A DNA stretch of 64,000 nucleotides from an uncultured Gammaproteobacteria bacterium (GCA_964640435.1 CAZXFJ010000002.1:4175-68174); one strand, 5' to 3'. Positions 38,119 to 47,708 are shown, counted from the stretch's first letter. The notes: generated by a model not told the origin, from the letters alone. Numbers and translations are program-made.

Positions 38119-39771
38119 ATGAGCAAAAAGGTTTTATTCTCGTTACTATCTCTTATTGTCCTCCTTGCAGCATTTCTCCGTTTCTATAAAATAGGTACAA
38201 ATCCTTCTTCTCTCACCTGGGATGAGGTTGCTTGGGGTTACAATTCATACACTCTTGGGATTGATGGTAAAGATGAATTTGGAAGATTTCTTCCAATCAC
38301 ATATCTTGAATCATTCGGTGATTTTAAACCACCTGTTTATGCATATCTGGGAGTATTGCCAGTTAAGATATTTGGCTTAAACGAGTTTGCAACGAGATTT
38401 CCATCTGCTTTTTTTGGGACTTTGACAGTGTTACTAACATTCTTCTTAGTTAAGCGCATCTTTTGGCAGAAGAAAGAGGCAGAGGTTGTGGGTCTTTTAG
38501 CTGCATTTTTCCTAGCCATATCTCCATGGCATATTATGCTCTCGAGAGCTGCTTTTGAAGCAAATGTCTCCACGTTTTTTGTTGTTGCAGGAGTATTAAC
38601 ATTTCTCGCTGGGGTACAGGATAAAAAATGGTTTTTAATTCTTTCTGCGATATCTTTTACTCTTTCAATGTATACATTCAACACTGCAAGAATTGTAAGT
38701 CCGATTCTTGTTTTAATTCTTGCTTTCGCTTTTCGTGACAAGCTTCTTAAGATTAAAAAAGAAGTAATTATTGCAGCAATTGTTGGTTTAATAATAATGC
38801 TCCCTGCTATCCCATTTCTTCTTTCTCCGCAGGCAAGTCTTCGTTTTAAAGAAGTTAATATTTTTTCTGACCCTGAAGTTGTTAAGTTGGCAAATCAGCA
38901 AATTGAAAATGATAACAATGCTGTATGGTCAAAGATTCTCCACAATAGAAGAGTCCTTTATGGACTTGAGTATATAAAGCATTATTTTGATAACTTAAGC
39001 CCGAGCTTTCTATTTATAAAAGGAGATGGGAATCCAAAGTTTTCGACACAAAATGTTGGTCAAATGTATATCTTTGACATCGTATTTTTAGTTAGTGGTT
39101 TATTGCTATTAATAAGGAAACGTGATGGTAATTGGTGGCTTATACCAATATGGATATTAGTTGGAATAATTCCTGCGGCAACGGCACGAGAAACACCTCA
39201 TGCATTGAGAATTGAGACAACTTTACCCATGTTTCAAATCCTAACTGCTTATGGCGCATATTGGATAGGTAAATGGGTATTGGGTATTAGGAAAAAAATT
39301 GTTGGTGTTAAGTTAGGCCCAGCTGTAATTGGATTAGCAAGCCTATTGTTACTCTTTAATTTTGTTTACTTCTGGCATGATTTAATGGGTAATTACAATT
39401 ATCTTTATTCCTCGCAGTGGCAATATGGATACAAGGATTCAATCGATTATGTAAATGCGAACGCTGATAAGTATGATAGAGTTCAGATAACTCAGCAGTT
39501 GGGAAGACCGTACATTTACTACCTTTTCTACAATAAAACAAATCCTGAAGAATTCAGAAATACAGCAAAAATACATCGGGATTCATTTGGATTTGTAGAT
39601 ATTGAAGGATTTGGAAAATACACATTTCCTAAAGATTATCAGGTAGATAAGAAGGATGGGGAAAAGGTTTTGTATATTGCTACACCGTATCATCTCCCTG
39701 AAGGAGCAAAAATTTTAAAAACATTTAAATTGCTTAATGGAGAAGCTGTTTTTGTTGCATATACTATATAA
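38119..39771 (+). CDS. GT-C membrane glycosyltransferase, PMT_2/GT39-like, tandem paralog B
   Basis: LTWDEVAWGYNSYTL..GKDEFGRFLPI..FGDFKPPVYAYL. 550 aa. Confidence 0.75.
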   Translation: MSKKVLFSLLSLIVLLAAFLRFYKIGTNPSSLTWDEVAWGYNSYTLGIDGKDEFGRFLPITYLESFGDFKPPVYAYLGVLPVKIFGLNEFATRFPSAFFGTLTVLLTFFLVKRIFWQKKEAEVVGLLAAFFLAISPWHIMLSRAAFEANVSTFFVVAGVLTFLAGVQDKKWFLILSAISFTLSMYTFNTARIVSPILVLILAFAFRDKLLKIKKEVIIAAIVGLIIMLPAIPFLLSPQASLRFKEVNIFSDPEVVKLANQQIENDNNAVWSKILHNRRVLYGLEYIKHYFDNLSPSFLFIKGDGNPKFSTQNVGQMYIFDIVFLVSGLLLLIRKRDGNWWLIPIWILVGIIPAATARETPHALRIETTLPMFQILTAYGAYWIGKWVLGIRKKIVGVKLGPAVIGLASLLLLFNFVYFWHDLMGNYNYLYSSQWQYGYKDSIDYVNANADKYDRVQITQQLGRPYIYYLFYNKTNPEEFRNTAKIHRDSFGFVDIEGFGKYTFPKDYQVDKKDGEKVLYIATPYHLPEGAKILKTFKLLNGEAVFVAYTI

Positions 39772-39773
39772 AC

Positions 39774-41429
39774 ATGTTCAAAAATAAGAAAACACTTTGG
39801 ATAATTTTAGGACTAATTATTGCACTTGCTGCAATCTTGAGGTTGTGGCAGCTCGGTAATATCCCTCCATCTCCAGATTGGGATGAGGCGGCTTTAGGGT
39901 ATGATGCTTATTCGTTAATGACGACGGGTAAGGATGAATTCGGTAAGTTTCTACCTGTTGTATTGAGGTCTTTTGATGATTATAAGCCGGCGCTTTATGC
40001 ATATCTTGCAATACCATCTGTTGCTATTTTTGGCTTAAACACATTTGCCGTAAGGCTTCCCTCGGCTATTTCAGGAATCTTAATGGTTCTAGTTGTGTTT
40101 TATTTAATTCGTGAATTGTTTAAGGATTATAAATATAGGGATTATTTATCTCTTGCGGGAGCCTTTCTGTATGCAATTTCCCCCTGGTCAATTCAATTCT
40201 CGCGAGTCGCATTTGAGTCAAATGTGGGAGTTTTTCTAAATGCTCTAACTGTGTTGTTTTTTGTTAAAGGTTTAAAGCGCCCATGGATGTTAATGCTTTC
40301 TGCAGTCTTTGCTGCTCTTGGACCTTATGTATATCAAAGTGAAAAAGTCTTTACACCTCTTTTAGTATTAGTGCTTGTTTTAATTTATTGGAAGCAATTA
40401 TTTAAACTTCCAAAATTAAACATAATCATGGCCGTTATCGCTGGAATTATTGTAATTGCACCAATGGCATTTTATATATTGACGGATCAAGGAGCATTGC
40501 TTCGCGTAAAGGGTACGAGTATTTTTTCCTATCAAACAGAACTGCTTAAGGATAATACCATTAAGCTTGAGAGGGATAGAGAGGTAGGGGATAAATTAGG
40601 CTTAGTCCTTGATAATAGAAGATTAGTTTATCTTAAAACAGTTATAGGGGGTTATCTTTCTCATTTTGATCTGAATTGGTTATTTACGAGAGGTGATATA
40701 GCTCGTCACCATGCGCCTGGTATGGGTTTGCTTTACTTATTTGAACTTCCTTTGATTCTTGTCGGTATTTATAAACTTATTTTTGGAGAATTTAAATTAC
40801 AGTCGAAGTTAACAATATTTGGATGGTTTTTAATTGCTGCTATTCCTGCATCGGTAACTACAGGAGTTCCACATGCTGTTCGTACACTTAACTTTCTACC
40901 AACGTATCAAATAATTGGTGGGTTGGGTTTGGTGATAATACTAATTTGGTTATCTAGGATAAAAATGAACTTGTTCAAATATACTGCGCTTTTCATAATT
41001 GGTGTTTTTGTTTTATTCAATTTTGTTTACTATCTAAATCAATACTTTGTTCAATACAATTACTATGATTCTGAAGATTGGCAATATGGTTATGAGCAGG
41101 CTGCAAATTACACAATTGAGAATAGTCATAAGTATGACAAAATAATAGTTTCTGATAGGCAGCCTATGGATAAATCTTACATGTTTTTCTTGTTCTATTT
41201 AAAATATCCACCAGAAAAATATCAAGAGATTGGTAAGAATAGTTCTGGTAGCTTTGTATCGCATCATTCATTTGATAAATATGAGTTTAGGCCAATAGAC
41301 TGGAGTAAGGATTCATCAACTCCAAATGTTTTATATATCGGTACTCAGGATGAAATACCATCTAGAGTTTCTAAAAAAACTATAAATAACCTAGATGGTA
41401 CACCAGCAATTAGAATTGCTGGAACATGA
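39774..41429 (+). CDS. GT-C membrane glycosyltransferase, PMT_2/GT39-like, tandem paralog C
   Basis: PDWDEAALGYDAYSL..GKDEFGKFLPV..FDDYKPALYAYL. 551 aa. Confidence 0.75.
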   Translation: MFKNKKTLWIILGLIIALAAILRLWQLGNIPPSPDWDEAALGYDAYSLMTTGKDEFGKFLPVVLRSFDDYKPALYAYLAIPSVAIFGLNTFAVRLPSAISGILMVLVVFYLIRELFKDYKYRDYLSLAGAFLYAISPWSIQFSRVAFESNVGVFLNALTVLFFVKGLKRPWMLMLSAVFAALGPYVYQSEKVFTPLLVLVLVLIYWKQLFKLPKLNIIMAVIAGIIVIAPMAFYILTDQGALLRVKGTSIFSYQTELLKDNTIKLERDREVGDKLGLVLDNRRLVYLKTVIGGYLSHFDLNWLFTRGDIARHHAPGMGLLYLFELPLILVGIYKLIFGEFKLQSKLTIFGWFLIAAIPASVTTGVPHAVRTLNFLPTYQIIGGLGLVIILIWLSRIKMNLFKYTALFIIGVFVLFNFVYYLNQYFVQYNYYDSEDWQYGYEQAANYTIENSHKYDKIIVSDRQPMDKSYMFFLFYLKYPPEKYQEIGKNSSGSFVSHHSFDKYEFRPIDWSKDSSTPNVLYIGTQDEIPSRVSKKTINNLDGTPAIRIAGT

Positions 41430-41437
41430 GTTGAAAA

Positions 41438-42958
41438 ATGAAGAAAAAGAAGTTTAAGTTTTCGAATTTATTCACGCCAACACTTATAATACTTTACGTA
41501 TTAATTATCATAGGGTCCTATTTAAGACTCGAAGGTATTTTCGACAATTCTTTTGCCTTTACTTACGATGTGGGACGCGATCTAATAGCCGTTGGCGATA
41601 TAGTTACAGGACAAAAACTTTCTTTAATTGGTCCAACTTCAGGTTTACCAGGAGTATTTTATGGACCCTGGTGGTATTTAATGCTTGCTCCATTTTTTGT
41701 TTTATCTTCTGGAAATCCACAAGGAATTGCATTTTTTATGAGTTTACTGGGAATTTTATTAATCCCCTTATCATTTTATTTTGGTAAAAGACTTAATGGT
41801 GATTTTTTAGCTCTAAGCCTTGCAGGACTTGCAGCAGTTTCACCATCATTAATTTCCTTATCTTCTCAAATTTGGAGTCCTAATATCGCACCTGTCTTCG
41901 TTTTACTTTCATTTATTTTGCTCTACAAGATTTACTCCGGAAAAGATAATCCAATAATATATTTTTTACTAGGTTTTGTTACATTCTTAAATTCTGAAGC
42001 AGAAATAATATTTGGAGTTCTGTTTACTGGTGGAGTTGTTATATCAGTAATTTTAATTAAAAAATTAACATTAAAGCCAATTTCAGTTATCGCCTTTTTA
42101 CTAGGTACGGTTATTGTTATCTCACCAAAAATACTTTTTGAAGTTAAGCACAATTTCTTGATGACTCAATCATTTATAAAATATTTTCAGTCAGGTGCAG
42201 AGAAAGATATGGTGAGTGGAGGAGTTGTAGATATATTAATAAATCGATTAGACATATTTATAAATGAATTTTCATATGCTGTTGCATTTGGCAATAAGGT
42301 AGCTGGAATAATTTTACTAGTCGCCACAATTATCTCAATTATCTATTTCTATAAAAGAATATCTTCAAATGAAAAAAAATTGATAATTACCTCGACTATT
42401 ATTTTAATAGTATTTTTCGCAGGAACTCTATTTTTTGCGCACAATATTTGGCCTCATTATTTAGTTGGGCTTCCTATAATATATATATTGTTGGTTTCTA
42501 TTGCCTTAGCAAATTTGAAATTTAAACTTAAGTCTTATACGATTTCGTATATAGTTTTATTTCTTTTAATTGTTATTAATCTTAATCCTATTTCAGTTTA
42601 TCAATCATTTAGTACCAGCTGGGAAGGAAATGCGGCAGTTTATAGAAATCAGCTAAATGTAGTCGACAGTATTTATGCTCAAACTAAAAACAAAAGATTT
42701 AAATATGTTGTTTATACACCACCACTTCACGATTATACGTATAGATATCTTTTTGAATGGAGAGGAAAGAAGTATAACATGAAGCCATCTATCCAAGCAG
42801 ACACGGCATACTTTATTTTAGAGCCAGATCCAGAGGACCCATCAAGGCTTACTAGATGGCTACAAGAAAGAGCAGGAGATGGTAAAATTAAAAAAAGTAA
42901 GAAATACGATGGTGGAATCATTGTTCAAGAAAGATTTGTAGGAAATGAAAAAAACTAA
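41438..42958 (+). CDS. polytopic GT-C-like membrane protein (ArnT-like), pair member 1
   Basis: 506 aa. First-loop FTYDVGRDLIAVGDIVTGQKL...GPWWY mirrors the next ORF (FGYDQVDNAWAAKNIVADGRYPL...GPLYYY). Confidence 0.5.
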   Translation: MKKKKFKFSNLFTPTLIILYVLIIIGSYLRLEGIFDNSFAFTYDVGRDLIAVGDIVTGQKLSLIGPTSGLPGVFYGPWWYLMLAPFFVLSSGNPQGIAFFMSLLGILLIPLSFYFGKRLNGDFLALSLAGLAAVSPSLISLSSQIWSPNIAPVFVLLSFILLYKIYSGKDNPIIYFLLGFVTFLNSEAEIIFGVLFTGGVVISVILIKKLTLKPISVIAFLLGTVIVISPKILFEVKHNFLMTQSFIKYFQSGAEKDMVSGGVVDILINRLDIFINEFSYAVAFGNKVAGIILLVATIISIIYFYKRISSNEKKLIITSTIILIVFFAGTLFFAHNIWPHYLVGLPIIYILLVSIALANLKFKLKSYTISYIVLFLLIVINLNPISVYQSFSTSWEGNAAVYRNQLNVVDSIYAQTKNKRFKYVVYTPPLHDYTYRYLFEWRGKKYNMKPSIQADTAYFILEPDPEDPSRLTRWLQERAGDGKIKKSKKYDGGIIVQERFVGNEKN

Positions 42959-44273
42959 TAAAAACAAACATAAGGCTAAAAAGTTTAATTTACTTCTGTG
43001 GATTAAGAATAATAAGTTTCTAATATTGGCGTTTGCAGTTTTTTTAGTAATGCTCTTTACCAGATTTTACCAACCAGAAATTAAAAATCCTTTCGGTTAT
43101 GATCAGGTTGATAACGCATGGGCTGCAAAAAATATTGTCGCTGATGGAAGATACCCACTTGTTGGAATGGTTGCAAAAGGGAACTCAGGAATATATATAG
43201 GTCCTCTATATTATTACTTCGCTGCATTTTTCTATTTCCTTTCAGGACTTGATCCTATTGCTTCAGTAATGATTGCTGGGGTAAGCGCAATAATAAGCTT
43301 TTGGATTATTTATTTCTTTACTAAAAAACTATTTAACGAGTATGTTGCATTAATAGCAGTTGTAATAAATACATTTGCTCTACCTGCGATAATATTTGAC
43401 AGAATACAGTGGCCCGTTGATTTTATTCCTGCATTTTCTCTTGTTATATTCTACCTTTTGTATAAAGTTATTACTGGTGAGGTTAAAAAACTTTTATGGC
43501 TGGCCGTTGTAGTTGGCTTAATGTTCAATATTCATTTTACTGCAATCTTTTTTCCCTTGATAGTTCTTTTTTGCTTACCATTATTCCCTAGAACCCGGGA
43601 AACTATTAAATATATATTATTCGCAATCCCATTGTTTATTATTTTCATCATTCCGAATGCAATATATATGTTAACTTCAAAGTCTTCTGGTTCAAATATT
43701 TCTTACCTTGATAGTAACTTTCATGGTTTTCATTTACGACGAATGATGCAGCTGGTCGGGGATGCTTTTATTCAGTTCGATCCATATGTAGTATTTGACT
43801 GGCTTAAAAAAATAAAAATTTTCATCCCTCTAATTTTTGTTGTTATATATTTATGGCAAACCGCTGATAAAAATAAGTATAAATTTATTTATCTTGTTGC
43901 ACTTTTTTTTATGATACCCTGGATAGTATTTACTACTTATTCTGGAGAAATAAGCGATTACTATTTCGCAGTTAACCGCTACATTGTTCTATTTATAATT
44001 TCTTATCTTTTTTATTCTGTTGGAAAAATTAGTTTTAAAAATAAAATACTAAATGTAGTACCTAAGATATTCGTTGTATTGGTATTGGCCTATTATTGTA
44101 TATATAACTTAACGAACTTTTTACCATATAAAGATGTTGGACTTAAAAAAAGATTTGAAAATGCTCAGCCTTCTGTCGATCATAATGTTCGTATTGAATT
44201 TCAAATGGGTGTTCCAGAGTCATATATCTATTATTATTTAATGCTTAAAAAGACTGGAAAAGACGTTTATTAG
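42945..44273 (+). CDS. polytopic GT-C-like membrane protein (ArnT-like), pair member 2
   Basis: 442 aa. Paralogous N-terminal architecture to the ORF at 41438. Confidence 0.5.
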   Translation: MKKTNKNKHKAKKFNLLLWIKNNKFLILAFAVFLVMLFTRFYQPEIKNPFGYDQVDNAWAAKNIVADGRYPLVGMVAKGNSGIYIGPLYYYFAAFFYFLSGLDPIASVMIAGVSAIISFWIIYFFTKKLFNEYVALIAVVINTFALPAIIFDRIQWPVDFIPAFSLVIFYLLYKVITGEVKKLLWLAVVVGLMFNIHFTAIFFPLIVLFCLPLFPRTRETIKYILFAIPLFIIFIIPNAIYMLTSKSSGSNISYLDSNFHGFHLRRMMQLVGDAFIQFDPYVVFDWLKKIKIFIPLIFVVIYLWQTADKNKYKFIYLVALFFMIPWIVFTTYSGEISDYYFAVNRYIVLFIISYLFYSVGKISFKNKILNVVPKIFVVLVLAYYCIYNLTNFLPYKDVGLKKRFENAQPSVDHNVRIEFQMGVPESYIYYYLMLKKTGKDVY

Positions 44274-44293
44274 TCGTAAAATCAAGCAATTTG

Positions 44294-44302
44294 TGTTAGT
44301 AT
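44294..44302 (+). promoter_or_regulatory. extended -10-like (TGtTAGTAT) 5 nt upstream of the ATG at 44308
   Basis: TGTTAGTAT at 44294-44302. The spacer is slightly short. Confidence 0.3.
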
Positions 44303-44307
44303 AAATT

Positions 44308-45096
44308 ATGAAAAAACAAACTGTTTCGGTTGTTTTAGCAACCTATAATGAAGAAAAAAACTTAGCGAAATGTTTGGAGACAGTAAAAGATATCGCTGAT
44401 GAAATTGTTATAGTAGATGGAACTTCTACAGATAGAACGCGTGAAATTGCAAAAGAATTTGGAGCAAGAGTAATTAAAACCACGAATAAGCCAAATTTCC
44501 ACATAAATAAGCAGATGGGGATCGAAGCCGCAAAATGCGATTGGATCCTTCAAATGGATGCTGACGAGCATGTTTCACCAGCTCTTGCAAAGGAAATAGA
44601 AGAAAAAATTAATGATCCGAAGCTTGATTTCGACGGATACTGGATGCCTAGGAAGAACTACTTTTTAGGTCGTTTTCTTATGAAGGGTGGTCAGTATCCT
44701 GATTATACGCTAAGACTTTATAAAAATGGTAAAGGAAGGCTACCTATGAAAGATGTTCATGAGCAGGCAGTTGTTGAAGGTAAGGTTGGTTATCTTAAAG
44801 AAGCATTATTGCATTATCCCTACGAAGACTTTGCTTTTTATCTTAAAAAGTGGGATAGATATAATACATTTATAGCGGGGCAGATAAGAGACGACCTGAA
44901 ACATAAAGGAAAATTAAGAAGAGGGGTTTTTGGTGCCGAATATCTTGTTTTCAGGCCAGCACATTGGCTTCTTACAACATATGGCCGACACAAGGGCTTT
45001 ATGGATTCTTGGCAAGGGTTTACTTTTTCACTTTTTTCAGCTCTTCGATTTCCGGTTTCTTATATCAAATATTTGAAAGGTGAAGACAAGAAATGA
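44308..45096 (+). CDS. GT2 glycosyltransferase (WaaE-like subgroup)
   Basis: VSVVLATYNEEKNL...ADEIVIVDGTSTDRT and MDADE motif. 262 aa. Confidence 0.8.
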   Translation: MKKQTVSVVLATYNEEKNLAKCLETVKDIADEIVIVDGTSTDRTREIAKEFGARVIKTTNKPNFHINKQMGIEAAKCDWILQMDADEHVSPALAKEIEEKINDPKLDFDGYWMPRKNYFLGRFLMKGGQYPDYTLRLYKNGKGRLPMKDVHEQAVVEGKVGYLKEALLHYPYEDFAFYLKKWDRYNTFIAGQIRDDLKHKGKLRRGVFGAEYLVFRPAHWLLTTYGRHKGFMDSWQGFTFSLFSALRFPVSYIKYLKGEDKK

Positions 45097-46064
45097 CAGT
45101 TTTAGTTACAGGTGGAGCAGGATACATTGGAAGCTTCATGACTCGCGCACTCCTTGATCGAGGATACGATGTTATTGTATTTGATAATCTAAAAAGAGGA
45201 CACCAAGACTATATTGATAGCCGTGCAAAATTTGTAAAAGGGGATCTAGCAATTATTGAGGATTTAAATAAATTATTCGAAGAAAATAAGATTGATGCTG
45301 TTTTGCATTTTGCTGGTCTTATTGCAGTCGGGGAGTCAGAAAAAGAGCCTGAGCTATACTATAAAAATAATGTGGATGGATCTAAAAACTTGTTCAAGAC
45401 TGCAAATAAAAATGGAGTTAGGAAATACATTTTCTCTTCAACAGCAGCGGTATACGGAAACCCTCAGCAAATTCCAATCCCTGAAGACCATGCGAAAAAC
45501 CCTACAAGTGAATATGGAAAGAATAAGCTAGATATAGAGCATTTGCTTGAGAATTTAGCTAAGGAAAATGATGCAATTAGTTTTGCAGCTTTAAGATATT
45601 TTAATGCTTCAGGTGCAGCGCTCGATGGGTCATTCGGAGAAAATCATGATCCTGAAACACATATTATTCCACTAGCGATGAAGGCCGTTATAAATGACTC
45701 AGAATTTGGTCTTTTTGGAGCTGATTATGATACTCCTGATGGAACATGCATTCGTGATTATATTCATGTACTGGATTTAGTCGAGGCACATATCTTGGCA
45801 CTTAACAAAATTGAAAATGAAAATGGTGGATTTGTATACAATGTAGGTACTGGAAATGGGTATTCTAATCGCGAGGTTATAGCAGAAATTGAAAAGATAA
45901 GTGGTAAAAAAATAAATGTTGTAGAAAAACCTCGTCGCGAGGGGGATGCGGATAGACTTGTTGCAGACGCAAGTAAAATAATGAATGATTTAGGTTTTTC
46001 TCCCAAATATTCCGATCTAACCTCAATAGTAAAAAGCGCTTGGGCCTGGCATAGTAAGCAATAA
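45093..46064 (+). CDS. galE: UDP-glucose 4-epimerase
   Basis: VLVTGGAGYIGSF Rossmann motif, conserved S...YGKNK (YxxxK) block and FGADYDTPDGTCIRDYIHV, as in GalE. ATGA overlap with the upstream GT2. Confidence 0.85.
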   Translation: MTVLVTGGAGYIGSFMTRALLDRGYDVIVFDNLKRGHQDYIDSRAKFVKGDLAIIEDLNKLFEENKIDAVLHFAGLIAVGESEKEPELYYKNNVDGSKNLFKTANKNGVRKYIFSSTAAVYGNPQQIPIPEDHAKNPTSEYGKNKLDIEHLLENLAKENDAISFAALRYFNASGAALDGSFGENHDPETHIIPLAMKAVINDSEFGLFGADYDTPDGTCIRDYIHVLDLVEAHILALNKIENENGGFVYNVGTGNGYSNREVIAEIEKISGKKINVVEKPRREGDADRLVADASKIMNDLGFSPKYSDLTSIVKSAWAWHSKQ

Positions 46065-46080
46065 ATCTGAATTTATCCAA

Positions 46081-46599
46081 ATGAGAATTTATTTTGTTAG
46101 TCTTATATTAATTCTCTTTTTTGTTTTTCCTTCAAAAGCCCTCGCGGAATCACCTTACGTATTACCATATCCCCAAACAATGCCTGGTAGCACATGGTAT
46201 AAGCTAGACTTGATAAAAGAAGAATTGATGAGATATTGGTATTTCGGTGATTTTGGGCAATTTGAATTCGCCCTAAAGGAGTCAGATAAATATTTGGTAG
46301 AGGCTAAAACCCTTTTTGAATACAAGCAATATCTACTAGGTTCTAGCGCACTGCAAAAGTCAGATAGTTATTTTAAAAAGGCTTGGCCAGCTCTTATAAG
46401 AGCTGAGAAAAATGGAAAAAATATTGAAGAGAATAAAATAATTTTAAAAAATGCCTCTGAAAAGCATATAGAGATACTAAACGAGTTAAAGAATAAAGTA
46501 CCAAAAGAATTTAATTGGACACCTGAAAAATCTAGTCCTAGTAATCTTAAATTGGGAGACTCAATTATTAGATCCATAAATATAAGGGCGCATTTATGA
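46081..46599 (+). CDS. secreted hypothetical protein (signal peptide)
   Basis: 172 aa. N-terminal hydrophobic segment ending ...SKALA-ES. Hydrophilic, helical remainder. Confidence 0.45.
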   Translation: MRIYFVSLILILFFVFPSKALAESPYVLPYPQTMPGSTWYKLDLIKEELMRYWYFGDFGQFEFALKESDKYLVEAKTLFEYKQYLLGSSALQKSDSYFKKAWPALIRAEKNGKNIEENKIILKNASEKHIEILNELKNKVPKEFNWTPEKSSPSNLKLGDSIIRSINIRAHL

Positions 46600-47708
46600 A
46601 AAAGATTCTATTAATATACTCCTCATTTTTTATACTATTTTCCTTTATTTCATTTTTTTACATAGATCAGAACTTTATATATCTCAATTTTTTATATACT
46701 GGTTTCTCTTTAAATTTCAGAATTTTATCTGCGATTCTTTATTTTCTTTTTATAACTGTATTCTTCGTAATTTACTATTTCTTATTAACCCAAAAAGATA
46801 TCGATATAAAAAAATTAAGATGGTATCTTTTAGTTCCATGTGTCGGGTTGTTTGCATACCCTGCGATACTATCGTTTGACATCTTTAATTACGTGACAAC
46901 TTCTAAAGTTGCTTTTCACTATCTTGAAAATCCATATATTATTATGCCAATAGATTTTCAGGGGGATCCAGTCTTGATGTTTACTCGTGCCGCAAATAAA
47001 ACAGCACTTTACGGTCCTTTATGGGTGGGATTAACTTCGGTGCCATTTTATTTATCCTTGGGTAATTATCTTTTTTCAATAGTTCTTTTTAAGTTGTTGG
47101 TCGCTTTTTTCTATTTTGGAATTTTATATATTATTTGGAAAAGTACCAAGACTCCATTCAATGTTGTATTTTTTGCGGCAAGTCCATTAGTACTTATTGA
47201 AACGTTTATTTCTGGTCACAATGATGTGGTAATGATGTTCTTGGCAGTTGCTTCAATTTTTGCATTAAGACGAAAAAGAATTTTTATTGCAATTTCTCTT
47301 TTAATTATGTCGGTATTAATAAAATACGCCACAATATTTTTAGTTCCACTTTTCATTTACTACTTCTATTTGAGGTTTAAAAATAAACAAATTGACTGGG
47401 ATAGTGTTTATTTTACTGGCTTTATATTGATGACAATAATATTTTTTCTTTCAGCTTTCAGAGAAGAGATATATCCGTGGTATGCTATATGGCCCTTAGC
47501 ATTTATCTCTTTTATCGCAGATAAAAAGAAATATTTGAGATTATTTGTCATTTTTTTCTCATATTGTCTTATGTTGAGATATCTTCCATTTATGGCTACT
47601 GGAAATTATTTTGGAATAACTCCTGCGATTAAGATTGTAATAACATTTATATTCCCAGGTATTTTTATATTTATTCTTTTTCTTAGAAAGAATTTTAAGG
47701 TAAAATGA
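46596..47708 (+). CDS. polytopic GT-C-like membrane glycosyltransferase (GT87/DUF2029-like), paralog of the ORF at 10199
   Basis: SFDIFNY, GDPVLMF...LYGPLW and SGHNDVVMMF in the same order as in the ORF at 10199. 370 aa. Confidence 0.5.
   Translation: MKKILLIYSSFFILFSFISFFYIDQNFIYLNFLYTGFSLNFRILSAILYFLFITVFFVIYYFLLTQKDIDIKKLRWYLLVPCVGLFAYPAILSFDIFNYVTTSKVAFHYLENPYIIMPIDFQGDPVLMFTRAANKTALYGPLWVGLTSVPFYLSLGNYLFSIVLFKLLVAFFYFGILYIIWKSTKTPFNVVFFAASPLVLIETFISGHNDVVMMFLAVASIFALRRKRIFIAISLLIMSVLIKYATIFLVPLFIYYFYLRFKNKQIDWDSVYFTGFILMTIIFFLSAFREEIYPWYAIWPLAFISFIADKKKYLRLFVIFFSYCLMLRYLPFMATGNYFGITPAIKIVITFIFPGIFIFILFLRKNFKVK

Noticed and set aside
44308-45096. Alternative genetic code (UGA recoded as Gly, as in some CPR lineages such as Gracilibacteria/Absconditabacteria)
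   Set aside because: TGA terminates well-supported ORFs at many ATGA junctions (for example 45094-45096, 63101-63103, 12918-12920). Downstream genes start in the overlapping frame, so the standard code applies.
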